A DNA stretch of 64,000 nt from Carcharhinus longimanus (lineage: Eukaryota): contig JASCQW010000098.1 in assembly GCA_030264375.1 (NCBI GenBank), positions 45,734,803 to 45,798,802 of the forward strand, read 5' to 3'. The notes below the pieces were generated by a model that was given only the letters and a program-made list of their open reading frames with translations, had not been told where the DNA came from and ran no database searches. Numbering within the stretch: position 1 is the stretch's first letter; every line of letters starts with the position of its first letter. This document shows positions 1 to 11,976 of this stretch, piece by piece. The translations under genes were made by a program, and so were the position numbers.

Positions 1-251
1 ATTGATTACATTAACAGTGTTACGTTAACACTGCAATGAAGTTACTATGAAAATCCCCTATTGCACATAATGTCAAGGTTAATTGAGGAATTTAATCAAG
101 ACAATTATGTGTAGTAATTGAGTTGTGTATATCTGTGATTTATGTATAGTCTCACACTCATTACTTACTGTTACGTTTTGTCAAACCCCATTGAAATATA
201 ATGGGTGATTCATAAAACTGAATTAGTGTGATCCGATATGCTCCTTTACAC

Positions 252-556
252 ATCATTAGAATCTCCACAGTGCAGAAGGAGGCCATTCGGCCCATCGAGC
301 TTGCATTGACCACAATCCTGCCCAGACTCTATTCCTATAACCCCACATATTTACCCTGCTAATCCTGCTGACATTAGGGTCAATTTAGCATGGCCAATCA
401 ACCTAACCCGCACATCTTTGGATTATGGGAGGAAACCGGAGCACCTGGAGGAAACCCATGCAGACACGGGGAGAATGTGCAAACTCCACACAGATAGTGA
501 CCCAAGCCAGGAATTGAACCCGGGTCCCTGGCCCTATGAGGCAGCAGTGCTCACTG
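252..556 (-). mobile_element. HE1-type V-SINE (tRNA-derived head, V core, CR1/HER1-like tail)
   Basis: The minus strand reads agcactgctgcctcat..cagggacccgggttcaattcc (tRNA B box), then the V core gtgtggagtttgcacattctccccgtgtctgcatgggtttcctcc, then the tail ctcgatgggccgaatggcctccttctgcactgt..attcta. Homologous copies occur at 20.8, 39.2 and 41.7 kb. Confidence 0.85.
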
Positions 557-1059
557 CTTAATTCACTTAATTCACATGCAATTCGCAGTGTTAATATATG
601 CAGTATGCCAATATACAAGGGTGAATTTGACATCAGAAATTGGGCACACTGTCCCCCTGAGATTATGTAAAATCTGGCATGATGGCATCAGGTCATCAAC
701 TCCCTGTTATCACACTGGTCTCCAGCGAAAGCAAGTGGGCTAATTAACAAGCTATTAAATGTGTTAACAACCCAAGAGACTGGCATTTTACGTTGCTATT
801 TTTGGGTGGGCACACATGAAAAGTGTTTTGAAGGAGTTAAATGACACATGAGGAGGTGATAGGCTGCAAATGGAACTATGACTGCACTCAGCAGAAGAGT
901 ATACTGGAGAAGGTAGGAGAGTTTCACCAGGCTTTCAGTTTATTTTATCATCATTTTCAGCCTGCAGTAGAAGATGCTGTGTTGGAGCCTACGTGTGTTA
1001 ACCTTGTGGTTTGAGACTTCTTACTGTCGGAGTGTACAGACAGGGTTAAACTGAAGTTT

Positions 1060-1630
1060 GTCGACATCAGTATTGAAGCATGAGATCATTGCCCCCCCCC
1101 CGGGAATTGTCCATTCTCAAGAAGGCTCTTCCAGTGAGGAGGAGAAGGAGAGGGCAAGTGTACCCTATGGTCCATAAGATGAGGATCCTGCTGCTCTGCA
1201 AGGCTCTGCAGGGACCAGCATCAAAAGTAGGCAATGCGCGACAAAGGCATTATCTAACCAACAGTGTCTACAGGGTGAGGATCACCTACTTCCAAATGTC
1301 AGAGCACCAGTGCCTTAGAGAACTGCAGGGAGATGGTGACATTACTGTGTGACATGTTAGCTGGAAAGATTGCTACAAATGGTGTTGGTACCCTGTGGCA
1401 TTGAAGGGTACTGTGGTTTTGAATTTAATTTGGCTTCTGGGTCCTTTCAGGTTTCAACTGGAGACCATTGAGAGATTTCACAGCCAGCCGATCATTGTGT
1501 CAAAAGTTTTCACAAAATACAATATTCCAGTACAGCACACAGTTATATCATGCAATGCAGACAGCACTAATCAGGCAGACAGAATCAAGGGCTTTGCTAC
1601 CATTGCTGATTCCCCAAATTCTTCTGAATT
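1060..1630 (+). pseudogene. Fossil PIF/Harbinger (HARBI1-like) transposase, N-terminal half
   Basis: Translation across frameshifts gives RHY..VYRVRITYFQMSEHQCLR, PVALKGTVVLN, ASGSFQVSTGDH*EISQPADHC and RIKGFATIADSP. These are collinear with the Harbinger transposase motifs ASGSFQ..GD..GISQ and GF..IAGFP. Confidence 0.75.
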
Positions 1631-1699
1631 AGCCTCATGCACCTCATTCAAAAGCGTTAAATTCATCCAGGCTATCAGAGAAAATACATTCAAATAGTT

Positions 1700-2100
1700 C
1701 CTTTTTACAGCTGATAAATACATAAGCATTTATAACAGCCAATTTGCACACAGGCGTGTCCTATATGTAGCNNNNNNNNNNAATTAACCAGTTGAAGTTT
1801 TCTTTGGAGTGTCTGATGAGGGATACATTTTTGCCAATGCGATTTTCTTTTATTATTCATGGAGATGGGTATCGCTGCCTGGCTAGAATTTGTTGCCCAT
1901 CCCTAGTTGCCCTTGAGAAGGTGATGGTGAGCTGCCTTCTTGAACTGCTATAGTCCATGTGCTGCTGATATCTTTTGTGTCCATCTGAACAGACAGACAG
2001 GATTTTACTTTTACATCTGAACAATGACATGTATGAATATTTGTCACTTTCTCATTACTACACTGAAGTGTCAGTCTAGATTATATACCCATGCTGTTGT
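1700..2100 (-). mobile_element. Decayed Deu-SINE (SacSINE1-like) interrupted by a LINE 3' tail at about 1843-1965
   Basis: aatttgcacacag..., catctgaacagacagacag and gtgtcagtctagattat match the copy at 6490-6820. The inner segment ttgcccatccctagttgcccttgagaaggtgatggtgagctgccttcttgaa matches the LINE tail at 13680 and 25105. Confidence 0.6.
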
Positions 2101-3109
2101 TGGGCCGAATGGCCTGATTTTAAGCTCGGACTGAAATTGTAACTGCGGGATTGGCGTAGACAGTATTTCTTGCGGCTGTCTGGAGTATTAAGCATGGCCA
2201 ATTTAAATAGTGTGAATGATGTCAATGTTGCCAGGGATCCAAGATAGCAGTCCTTGTCTTTGAGGAATCTTCACAGAAATGCTTGACTTCTTTGGGCACT
2301 TTGTTGCCTTCCAGTTGTTTCACTAGTGGCTTCAGTGCTGTGTGGCCTCCTGGAATTCAAATTCTATTGTGGCACCAATTGCGTCACTTGGCTATGAATT
2401 CCAGAATGTTAAATTAGACCCTTGTCTGATGGGTAGATGACACTTTTTTGTGAATAAATTCCAAATGGGCAAAGTGGCAGGGGATCAGAATTTTGGCAGA
2501 CAGCTGTCAAAAACATGGCTTGACCCTCTTTACACCTCCCCCCAACCCCCACCAGCACCACCACTCATCCCTAAACTGCTATTTTAACAATATTTGATCC
2601 AGAGACTTTAATGTTCTGTAGTCTCTCTTTGAATGAGACAGAAACTTGTGGTAGATGGAAGACAGCAAACAGCGTTGTCTCTTCAGTATCTGCATTGTTA
2701 CTCTGATTTTGTGTGGAGAGGCCAGTACAGAGTCATTTCTTAGAATCAGCTGTTACCACACTGGGATGGCAGGAAGGATGCAGCAACACAGCAGTGCGCT
2801 GCTTCAGATACTGAGAAAGTGAACCTTGAAACCAAATTTCCCTTCTGGGCTCTCATATTAGCTGATATTGTTAAGATTCTCCCTCCTCACCTAATATACC
2901 TCTAACTTCAAATCTGCTGTCGTCACTGATCTCCTTAAAAAAAAAACCCTACTCTTGATTCCTCCATCTTTGTAAATTGCCATCCCATCTCCAACATACT
3001 TTTCTTCTCAGTTCCCTGTTACGTCCCAAGCCCATGTGCATCTGTCTGGGAACTCCATGCCAGCTCCCTGCAACTCATTTCAGCCCTTTCCTCCGTCCTC
3101 TCCATGTTG

Positions 3110-3520
3110 CCCTACATTTTTTTCTTCATGTACTTAACCAGTTTCCTTTTGAAAGCCACAATTGAATCTGTTTCCAGCGCACACTCAGATCGTGCATTCC
3201 AGATCCTAACCACTCGCTGCATAAAGAGCTTTTATCCTCTTGTCACCTTTGGTTCTTGTGCCAATCATGTTAAATTTGGGTCCACTGGTTCTGACCCTTC
3301 CTACACTGGGAATTGTCTCTCTCTCTTCCTACTCGTTCATAATTTTGAACACTTCTATCAACTTTCCCTTCTCCATGGAGAACAATTCTCACTTCTCCAT
3401 TGTGTCCAGGTAGTTAAATTCTCTCATCCCTGAAACCGTTCTCATCAAACTTTTCTGCACCCACTCCAAAACCTGCATGTCCTTTCTAAAGTGTAGTGCT
3501 CAGAATTGGACATGATGGGA
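3110..3520 (-). mobile_element. Old CR1 LINE 3' fragment
   Basis: ttccagatcctaaccactcgctgc is the reverse of CR1 QRVVRIWN-type coding sequence; homologous to 48235-48720 and 61040-61880. Confidence 0.65.
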
Positions 3521-4019
3521 TGAACTTCCACCAAGCTCGGGTGGCTCTGGACCCCTTTAAAAATTGCAGATAGCTTCCGATTTCAGAATTCCAATCCCCT
3601 GTAAGAGGTCGTCTGATTTTTGGGAGTGCCTTTAAAGGTTATGGGCTGCTTCCAGCCAGAAGCCCACAGCCAGCATCCTGACCTCCCTAGCTCCATTGCA
3701 GAGTTGAGCATGTCTTACTTCTCTGCAATTTTCATAGTCAGGCCAAAGAATTGTGGCTCACGGCTCCTCTGAGGAGCCATAAATCCAAGTCTGCATTGCA
3801 AGATTCTTGTGATAGGTGAGTTCCAATGCTGCTATGTCAAGAAAAGGCCACCACACCACCCCATCACGTACATCACGTTCCCTTCCCCCACCTCCCCATG
3901 CACCGTTTGTCAAGCTTTGGCACTTCAGTGCCTGCTGATCCATTATATGCTGTGTAGAACCAGTGAACCCTATAGTAACAAGAGAATATGTTTTAAAAAT
4001 AGTCTCAAAAAAAGTCATT

Positions 4020-4433
4020 GGGCGGAATTTCTCCAAAAAAAATTGAAAGGGCAAATGGCAGACAGAACAGGCGGTTTTCTTGCCCACTTTTCCAGCAAGG
4101 CAGGTAATGGTAATTTATGGCCCTGTGCAATACAGAGGCCATCATGTGAATCTCTAGAGTTGGGAGGAGGGGGTGGGTGTCTCGGCTCACTTTTCAGGCC
4201 GGTGGCTGCTGAGCCCCAGGGGCACCTTTGAGCAGGCAATTTCAAAGATGTCATTAATATTTAAATCAACATCACGCCCTTCATGGGCGCGGGGCTGATT
4301 TCTGATGAAACAGGGCTGACAAGGCCATGAGAGGCGAGAAACCAGGCATGAACCTGATTTTTCTGCCACTTTCCCTATCTTACTGGCTCACCACACCAGT
4401 CGATCAGCATGGCGAGTCCTTAAGATCCCACCC
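4020..4433. mobile_element. MITE-like non-autonomous DNA transposon, probably Harbinger-derived
   Basis: Imperfect terminal inverted repeats gggcggaattt...taagatcccaccc. The same termini occur in the opposite orientation at 40660-41003. Confidence 0.55.
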
Positions 4434-4839
4434 ATTGTTTCGATCATGCCTTTCTATTATATTTTTTTAAAAAGGTAATTTTACTACAAGGCAACAAATA
4501 TGTCAATCATTCAGACACTTTAAACTATCAATGGCAGACTCACAATCCTTGAAACCGCTTAACCTTGTGTAAATAAACATTGTGAAATTAACTGCGGAGA
4601 TCAGGGAATTAGAACTATCAATCAAGCAATGTTTTGTTGGGGCGCTGCTGTTTCAACAAGAGTAATGTCTGGACTCTCAGCTAAGCCTTATATATGCTTG
4701 AGTGATTAAAACTTGCATTTATATGGTGCTTTTCATGACCACCTGATATTTCAAAGCATTTTATAGCTAATGACTAATGTAGCATTCCTGAAGTATACTC
4801 AGTGTTGCAATGCAGAAAACAAACAAAGTATTTTTTGTG

Positions 4840-5012
4840 TTCAGCAAATCACAGTGAGAAGCAGAATTAACATTCCAGATGAGTGATCTTTCATCAGAAT
4901 GTGAAATATTAATTCTTTTTCTTTCCATAAGTGTAGCCACGTTTGTTTAGTACTTTCAATATTTTCTATGAAATTTCCAACAACAGTGTCTTAACTTCCA
5001 GATTTTGTTCAG
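4840..5012. mobile_element. Decayed palindromic Penelope-like remnant (family B) with a hammerhead-like core on the minus strand (4866-4900)
   Basis: The minus strand reads att CTGATGA aagat cactc atct GGAA tgt t aat. The flanks resemble the palindromic elements at 8140 and 52030. Confidence 0.5.
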
Positions 5013-6092
5013 TCTAACGATGACACACAAGCTGGACTTTGCAAGAAATCGGTTCACTGCTATTTATGATCAAGATTGCAATCGAAGTCTGATGGGGAGG
5101 AAAGGGAAAGCAGACCATAGGTGGAAAGGGGGCCAGAATGGAAGGACATGATCTAAATTGAACAAAAGCTAGGCAAAACATCCTGTATGGGAAAACCACT
5201 TTCCTCTTTGGATCACATGTCCCTCTCATCTCACCCCGCCCTTTTAGATTTGATCATATTTTTCTCCCGTCCTCCTGTTCTCTCTGTGCACCAAACCCCA
5301 GATGGATTCTTGACCTTCTCTTCCCTCCCCTAAAAGAAATTACATAACCTTCTGCCTCCATTTCCTCAATGAGTAACCCATCCTCCACCACTGAAATCTC
5401 CTCAATCCTTCCACTCCCTCCAATCCTAAACTGTTCTCTTCTTCCCTGACCTCTCCTGATTCTGGTTTCCTAACCTTTTCCAGGCAAAGAACAGTTGGCC
5501 ACAAGAGGGAAGCAGGACTCAGGCGGCCACAGATGCATGTATGGTTGGGAATATCAGCAAGTAGACCTGATAACAGTCTGGTTGAATGGGACATCGTTTA
5601 GGCTGCAACCTCATATAGGGGTGCCTAGGCAGAATGCCTTGAACTTCTTTATGCCAGCAATCACTTCTGTCATATAACAATTATCACAGAACATTGACTT
5701 ATGATCTGTCCACTTTGCTCAATGCAAAGGAGAGAGTTAAAAGCAGAGGCATTTAAAATATCATAAAAACATAACTCTGAGAAGTTTGGTTGCTCTTGCC
5801 CTGCTGTATGTGGAAACCCTGTGGCTAATTTTTCAGTAATATGACCAGTGACCATCTTTATTTTTACCTAAACTACTGCATTATGAATTGAAGCTACAGG
5901 CAGAAAAGAGTCTTGAAAGAGAGAAGTAAAGCAAGACTTTATTGCCTTAAATCTTTCAGAAACACCTTATGTACAAAGAATTTGGAATGTAGTTACTGTT
6001 TTGCACATATTCTTTTTGTAGCCCTGCTACAAAAGGAAATGCCTGCATTTATCGTGTCTTTTACAAACTCATGATCGCCTCAAATTGCTTTA

Positions 6093-6363
6093 GTTTTAAA
6101 GTTTAAATATTAGTGTTGCTAGTAGGCTTACATTAATACTGCAATGAAGTTACTATTAAATCCCCTAGTCACCACATTCCGGCACCTGTTTGGGTACACT
6201 GGGGGAAAATTTAGCATGCTAATGCACCTAACCAGCAATTTGGACTGTGGGAGGAGCACCCGGAGAAATGGGGAGAATGTGCAAACTCCACACAGACAGT
6301 TACCCAAGCCAGGAATTGAACCGAGTCCCTGGCGCTTTGAGGCAGCAGTGCTAGCCACTGTGC
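6093..6363 (-). mobile_element. V-SINE subfamily with an alternative 3' tail
   Basis: Same tRNA head and V core as the HE1 copies, but the tail differs (agtaggcttacattaatactgcaatgaagttacta on the + strand, ending in tttaaagtttaaa). Tail fragments also occur at 25-62 and about 57200-57235. Confidence 0.8.
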
Positions 6364-6492
6364 TGTATTTATATAACACCTTTAATGTAATGAAACATCT
6401 CAAGGTGTTTCACAGGAGCATTATATAAGTATGACATTGAGCCACATAAGAAGAATTAGGTCAGATGACCAAAAACTTGGTCAGAGGGAAAG
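6364..6492 (-). mobile_element. L2 LINE 3' tail fragment
   Basis: tgtatttatataacacctttaatgtaatgaaacatctcaaggtgtttcacagg is the reverse of the typical L2 end (gtgaa.c.ccttg.ga..tt..tac.ttaaagg.g.tatataaat.ca). Confidence 0.6.
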
Positions 6493-7086
6493 TTTGACTT
6501 TACAAGCAGTTAAGTACTTTTGAAGCATAATCACTGGTGTGATGTAAGAAATGTGACAATTTGCACACAGCCAGCTCCTACAATCAGCAATGTGATTCAT
6601 GACCTGATGATCTCTTTCTGTGGTGTTGATTGAGACATAAACTTTATGAGGACACTAGGGATAACTCTCCTGCTTTTTTTAAAAATAGTGCCATAGGACC
6701 TTTCGCATCCACCTGACAGAATCTCAGTTTAAGGTCTCATCTGAGAGACAGTGCAGCACTCCCTCAGTACTATGCTGGGCTGTACAAATTTGGTGTACAA
6801 ATCCAGGTGTGGGACTGAAAATCTACAGGATAGTGATAGCAGGACTTACTCGGTACTTGTGCCTATAGTGAACCCCAATAGCAATGCTGTATCAGAGATG
6901 CTCACATTCCCATTGAAATGCTAGGTGCCTATGCCTGTAGAAATGCCTGTCATGTGCTCAGAAAAGTTGGTTGGTAGGGTGCAGGGTTAACCAGCTAACC
7001 CCTTTCCCCTGAAGAAGAGGCCATTCAAGCTTCATACATGCCATTAATTTGTAAAATGAGTTCCATGTCTTACGTTCAGCCAGGTG

Positions 7087-7751
7087 AAACTCCACAGCCA
7101 GAATGCTCCACACATAGCTGAGGCACGTGCCTGATGCAAAAGCATGTGAAATCGCACAAGGCGGCATCAGGTGTGTGTCCCAACATCATTGCGCGTTTGT
7201 CTGATATTTCAGTCGGCAGGCACACACAAGTCAGAAGCACACACAGGAGTCAGAAGCTCACTCACCAACAATTAAGGAGACAATTTAAGTGAATTAAATA
7301 CCAACTGAGCAGAATTTTACATTGCCCGTCTGCCTTTATGTTTGGAGGGCAGGTTTATTGGCGTGATGGCCTTTACGTTTAAGCTGCAACCTTGATCCAG
7401 GGTGGATGAGATGTCTGGGAACTAAGATCTGTGTATGAATGTGTTGCCCAAACATGTTTGGCATAGTTTTAACATTACTAATTATTTTTCATGGGTCAGT
7501 AGCTCTCTGAGACAACTCTGCAGAGGCTATCCCCCTGAGGGAGCACACTGGGAGTGCCAGCCTGCATCATCCCTTTCGTCATCATGTGCCTTATTCCCAC
7601 TCTGCACCGTAGTGCTGAGCTTTCACAACACATGTTTCACCCCAGCCAGCGTGAAATCGAGCTCCGGTGCCAACCATGGCTGAGAACACATTTCGCTCCC
7701 ACTTCCGGGCCTACTGAGTGCATGCACCCGACAGGTTAAAAACTCAGGCCC
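7087..7751. mobile_element. Non-autonomous DNA transposon remnant (Harbinger-like termini)
   Basis: Ends gccagaatgctcc...gttaaaaactcaggcc, with locally CpG-richer subterminal sequence like the other MITEs in the window. Confidence 0.4.
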
Positions 7752-7899
7752 ACCATACAGGAAGCCTCGAAGGAAGGAACCCTCGTCATTGTCCCTGCTT
7801 TGATTCACATCAATGTCCCTATGTAATATGACAAGGACTCCGGCAAGAGAGGCCAAACTGAAACTGTGGACTAGGTGAGTATTACTAGGCTGTGACATA

Positions 7900-8023
7900 G
7901 GACGGGATTTTACAGCCTTGCTTGGGCGAGACTGGGAATTCCGGCCCGAGAACAGTGGAGATTTCCATTGTCAGACCCTCGCCCCTCTGATTCCGTAGTG
8001 GGTGAAATGGTAGAGTTCCAGCC
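7900..8023. mobile_element. Short MITE of about 120 bp
   Basis: Reads gacgggattttac...atttccattg...gtagagttccagcc. Related copies lie at 41306-41445, 42767-42897, 43095-43255, 45437-45570, 47295-47425, 57015-57105 and 57480-57566. Confidence 0.6.
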
Positions 8024-8139
8024 ATAGAGTTTACAGCTGTTACCCCAAACTCCTACTATTGTTATTAAGGGAAAAGTGCGGAGAGCTGAAAATTCTCAGC
8101 AACAGAGATTCCTTAAAATATTTGCAATGAGGATCAGAG

Positions 8140-8315
8140 TTAAATCAAACTGTAAATGCTGGAAAATCTCAGGAGGTCTGACAGCATCTGTGGGGAAAGA
8201 ATCGAGCCAATGTTAGTCCAGATGACCCTTAGTCAGAGTGCACACCTGCTAAAATTTTCCAGCATTCTCTGTTTTTGTTTCAGATTCCAGCATCCATAGT
8301 ATTTTGCTTTTATAT
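8140..8315. mobile_element. Palindromic Penelope-like remnant (family B)
   Basis: Inverted arms aaatgctggaaaatctcaggaggtctgacagcatctgtgg and cctgctaaaattttccagcattctctgtttttgtttcagattccagcatc. Confidence 0.6.
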
Positions 8316-10424
8316 TAAGTAAAACTGCTGACATTAGTATATTGGATGAACAGAGGAAACTTTTCCCAGAAAAGCCAACCCAAAGAAAGTGCCTATTTTG
8401 TTTTGTTAGCAGTAAATAAATGTGAGGGTATATACTTTTGTAGATACAGCAACATCATTAAAATTGCTTGCAGCACTCACTAGCTACTGCTGTGCAGCAC
8501 AAAATGATAAATTGGGAGTGGGAAAAGGTGTTTGCGAGCCACTGACAGCATCTCTGTAGGATCTCAGTTAGTGTAAAATTCCATCGGGTCCAGTCCCTCC
8601 CTTTGTGGATGTCTCAAATTGACCAGTGTTCACAGATGTTTATGGCTGCAGACTCTTTTGAAACTGTGACCTGTGCTAGTTAAAATGACATTAAACTGTG
8701 AAATTATGGGTGGCACATCACTTCAGCTGAACATCAAATCTTGCATTAGTGTCTGAAACTGGCACTCGCAACTAACAAATTTGCAAGTCAATGTGATAGT
8801 CTGAAAATGTAGCAGTGGCAGTCGCCTACCAGTGAGCAGCTGCGCTGACAAAGGCCTGCAATAAAATAGCAACAGTAAGATCATCATAAAATTAGAGATG
8901 AGGGCACATGTACAAAGTATCCTTGGCTTTGCTTCTGGATCACAGCCGTTGTTAAATTTACATAGTGGCTCAGTAATTGGATTTTATTCTCCAGCACTAT
9001 TACTCAGTGGGGAGGGCAGGTTTTGGTAGAAATTGTTGAAAAGGGAGATTTGTATTTGAGAGAGTGTCCCTGTTCATCAGAGATCTGTGGTGCAGGAATA
9101 AGGCCTCCCTTAGCATCTCCGTTGAAGTGCTGTGTGCGTTGATGGATCTCAGACCTACAGTTGACGGACTGCTGCTTGTACAGCATCCCCCTGACTGTTA
9201 GTTTAAAGATGTTATCAAGTTATTTGAGAAGCGTGAAGTCAGTGGCTGCAACCAAGGGCTGTTAAAGGGGATGTTCTGTAGTGTAGCAGCAGAAACAGCA
9301 GCAGCAGAAAATGAGTCTCTACTTGCAGTTAAACATAAAACAGATGTTTCCATTGTTCATGAAGCCCCATTTCTAGTCCCATTTCTAGCCCCATTTTTCA
9401 CAAACTTTTTTTTAAACTTCAGCACATTCATTCCTTCTTACTTGATTTTTGTTTATATTAGTGCTGGAGAGTGAAACAGAAGCATTTCCACCCGAGTCTT
9501 TGCATTCTGCATCATACTTACTAATGATAACACTAAGATGCTTCTGTAGAGTGACTTTACCAGAGTAAAACATCCCAAGATGCTTCACAGGTGCATTAGC
9601 AACTTCAATTTGGAACCAGCTGTACACTTAAACACAGGGAAGATTGGTACTGTCAACATACCAAAAATGTGTGACCTGTGTTTGTGATGGTACATTTGTC
9701 CACAAACTTGCATTGACTTAATGCATGTAAGCAAGTGGAGTAAGTTATTGAAGGAAGTTCTGAGTTGGAAATCAGGATATAAGTGGTGGATTAGTGCAAA
9801 TTAATATGGGTATTATCTAGCAATCTGATTGGTGAAGAAATTAGCCTTGACACTGAGGCTTTTCACCTATCTCTGCCAAATGCCTATTGTGCAAGTGATC
9901 AATCTGGTCAGTCCTTCATGCAAGCTCACTTGAGGCAGTCGGTATCCTAATCCAGTGATGTTGTATGATCCTGTGAATGCACCTTTTATTGCCTGAAGAT
10001 ATACAGCACAGATCTTGTCTGTCATATGGACAGTTGACCTCATTTTTAAGGACAACATAAATAATCTGCATAATTTTTGTAAGTGAAATCATCAAAGAGT
10101 TTTTATATTAGTCTATTAATTTGGAATCTGGGACTCTGGCATTCAGCAGAAAGTAGATTCTATTCTTGTAGACTAGGTAACAAATCAATACATTAGGGGA
10201 ATTGAGCATTGTATGTTGGGTGACCGGTCAGCTCCGCCAATCTTTTGTTTCCACTGATGTTGAAAATCATCCCCTTTTGATTCTTGCACTGGTACTGTTC
10301 CCATTAGTTTATTCTTTGTGTGAAACCTAGTGCTGCATCCCATCAGAATTTCCACTGAGTTTAATTGCGTTTTCATCCAGTGTTGACATTCACTCATTTT
10401 CTATCAGGGTTTATAGATAATGGA

Positions 10425-10592
10425 GAAAACACGCTGACTTACATCTTCCTAGTTCAGGGACACTGCCACCAATTGTACATCTTCCAAGTTACCCTAAAAT
10501 GAGCTAACTTTGCACTATGGATGGAACCTGGAACCATCCCAGTCTGTACTACTGAGTGCTATACTGTATGAAGCATTTACCCACTAAACCTT
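10425..10592 (-). mobile_element. Ancient SINE-like repeat, family not named
   Basis: The minus strand reads gtgggtaaatgc..cagactgggatggttccaggttc..aagttagctcatttt..tacaattgg..gtccctgaactagg. Homologous degraded pieces occur at about 37180-37300, 45600-45920, 50505-50690, 51600-51890 and 52250-52590. Confidence 0.45.
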
Positions 10593-10597
10593 CAGGG

Positions 10598-10775
10598 AAG
10601 GAGACTGTGTGGTGTGCTGGATTAGATACTAACCTTTCTTTTCTAAAATCCAGATTCAAAAACAGTCCAGACTTGTGGCATGGGAGCTTTTCTGTTTTCT
10701 GGCAACAGTGGTCCCACGTGAAATGAATTTAGACAATCCTGTTATTGTTGGGTGCGGTGCTAATGCACAAAGCTA
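10598..10775 (+). mobile_element. LF-SINE-like 5' fragment
   Basis: gagactgtgtggtgtgctggattagatactaacctttc..cagattcaaa..cagtccagac..ggtcccacgtgaaatgaattt resembles the LF-SINE tRNA head and its ggcctatgtgaaatgagtt block, as recalled. Confidence 0.45.
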
Positions 10776-10784
10776 ATTTAGTAC

Positions 10785-11140
10785 TAACCTTCTGAGTCAA
10801 GAAAGTTCCACATTCAAGCCACACCCCAGGATTTAAGTATAGGATGTATGTATGCTGTTACTCCAGTGAGATAATGAGGACATTTTGAACTGTGAAGTGT
10901 CATCCTTTAGACAGATACCTATCTGTCTATTCCAGTGGTTCAGGTGGATATTAAAGAAAAGATGACGCTATTTCAGTAGGAGTTGTTAGTTGATTATTCG
11001 CACCCATCAAGTTATCTGGTTAATTATATTATTACTGTTTGTGGGATCTTGTTAAGTGCAAAATATTTGTCACACTTATCTATGTAACTCAATGTCTTCA
11101 CTTTACTCAAGAAAAATTAAAACCACCTGGGGAATATTAC
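10785..11140 (+). mobile_element. Decayed Deu-SINE (SacSINE1-like)
   Basis: Reads tctgagtcaagaaagtt..ttcaagccacaccccagg..ctccagtg..caggtggatattaaag..ttatctggttaattatattattactgtttgtgggatcttg..gtgcaaa. Confidence 0.6.
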
Positions 11141-11699
11141 AAAAATCATTGTACTTTGAGTATAACCTACACTATGCTTGTGATGCGATGGTTTATCATG
11201 TAAAATTGAAGATGTGCAATTCCAGTGCTGTAGTACATTGGGTATATGCAAATTTTCTTCATAAAATTCAAGAGAATAGTTTATCAACTTAATTCCTACA
11301 CATCAATTGTGCAGCAAGATTAAAAATGATTGCTAAAACATTTCAAATTGAGTTTTGTTTTGGTACATATGCAAGTTTGGCATTGGCTGGCATCAAGATT
11401 GCAATACTCCAAACTGAGTCATCACTTAAGTTTTTTTTACTTGATCTTGACTTTGGTACATTTTAAATTTAATTTATGAAACTTGGAAATTTTTAGTAGT
11501 TTGGAGAATTTCAGATTTTTTGCATTTTTAAAATAAAGTTGCAGTAACCGGTGATTTTGGGTGTTTTACAATAAACAGGCCCATATTTCTGGATGTAATG
11601 ATGAACTGGTTATTTTTCAATAGCAAAGGCCTAACTTACATTATTGTCTATTTGTGTTGCTATTTGGCAGCTAATTTAACCAATGGGGCAACGATGTTG

Positions 11700-11976
11700 G
11701 TTAGAATCATGAATTCCTACAGTGCAGAGGAGTCCATTTGGCCCATCAAGGCTGTGCTGACATCAGTCCCACCCAGCTCTATCCCCATAACCTCACATAT
11801 TTACCTCACTAATCCCTTGACAATTTAGCATGTCCGTGTGAGGAAAGTGGAGCATCTGGAGGAAACCCACGCGAACATGGAGAGAACATATAAACAGTCA
11901 CTCAAGGTTGGAATTGAACCCAGTTCCCTAGTGCTGTGAGGCAGTACTGCTAATTGCTAGGCCACCATGCCGCCCC
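11700..11976 (-). mobile_element. HE1-type V-SINE, internally deleted
   Basis: The head is complete (..gtgctgtgaggcagtactgctaattgctaggccaccatgccgccc) and the tail is tagaatcatgaattcctacagtgcagagg. Confidence 0.8.

Larger units (their letters stand above)
6040..6820 (-). mobile_element. Deu-SINE (SacSINE1-like) split by nested V-SINE and L2-tail insertions
   Basis: The tail tgcatttat..ctcaaattgcttta lies at 6040-6092. The body resumes near 6495: tttacaagcagttaagtacttttgaag..aatttgcacacag..atagtgccataggaccttt..catccacctga..gtgcagcactccctcagtact..gtgggactgaa. Confidence 0.75.
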
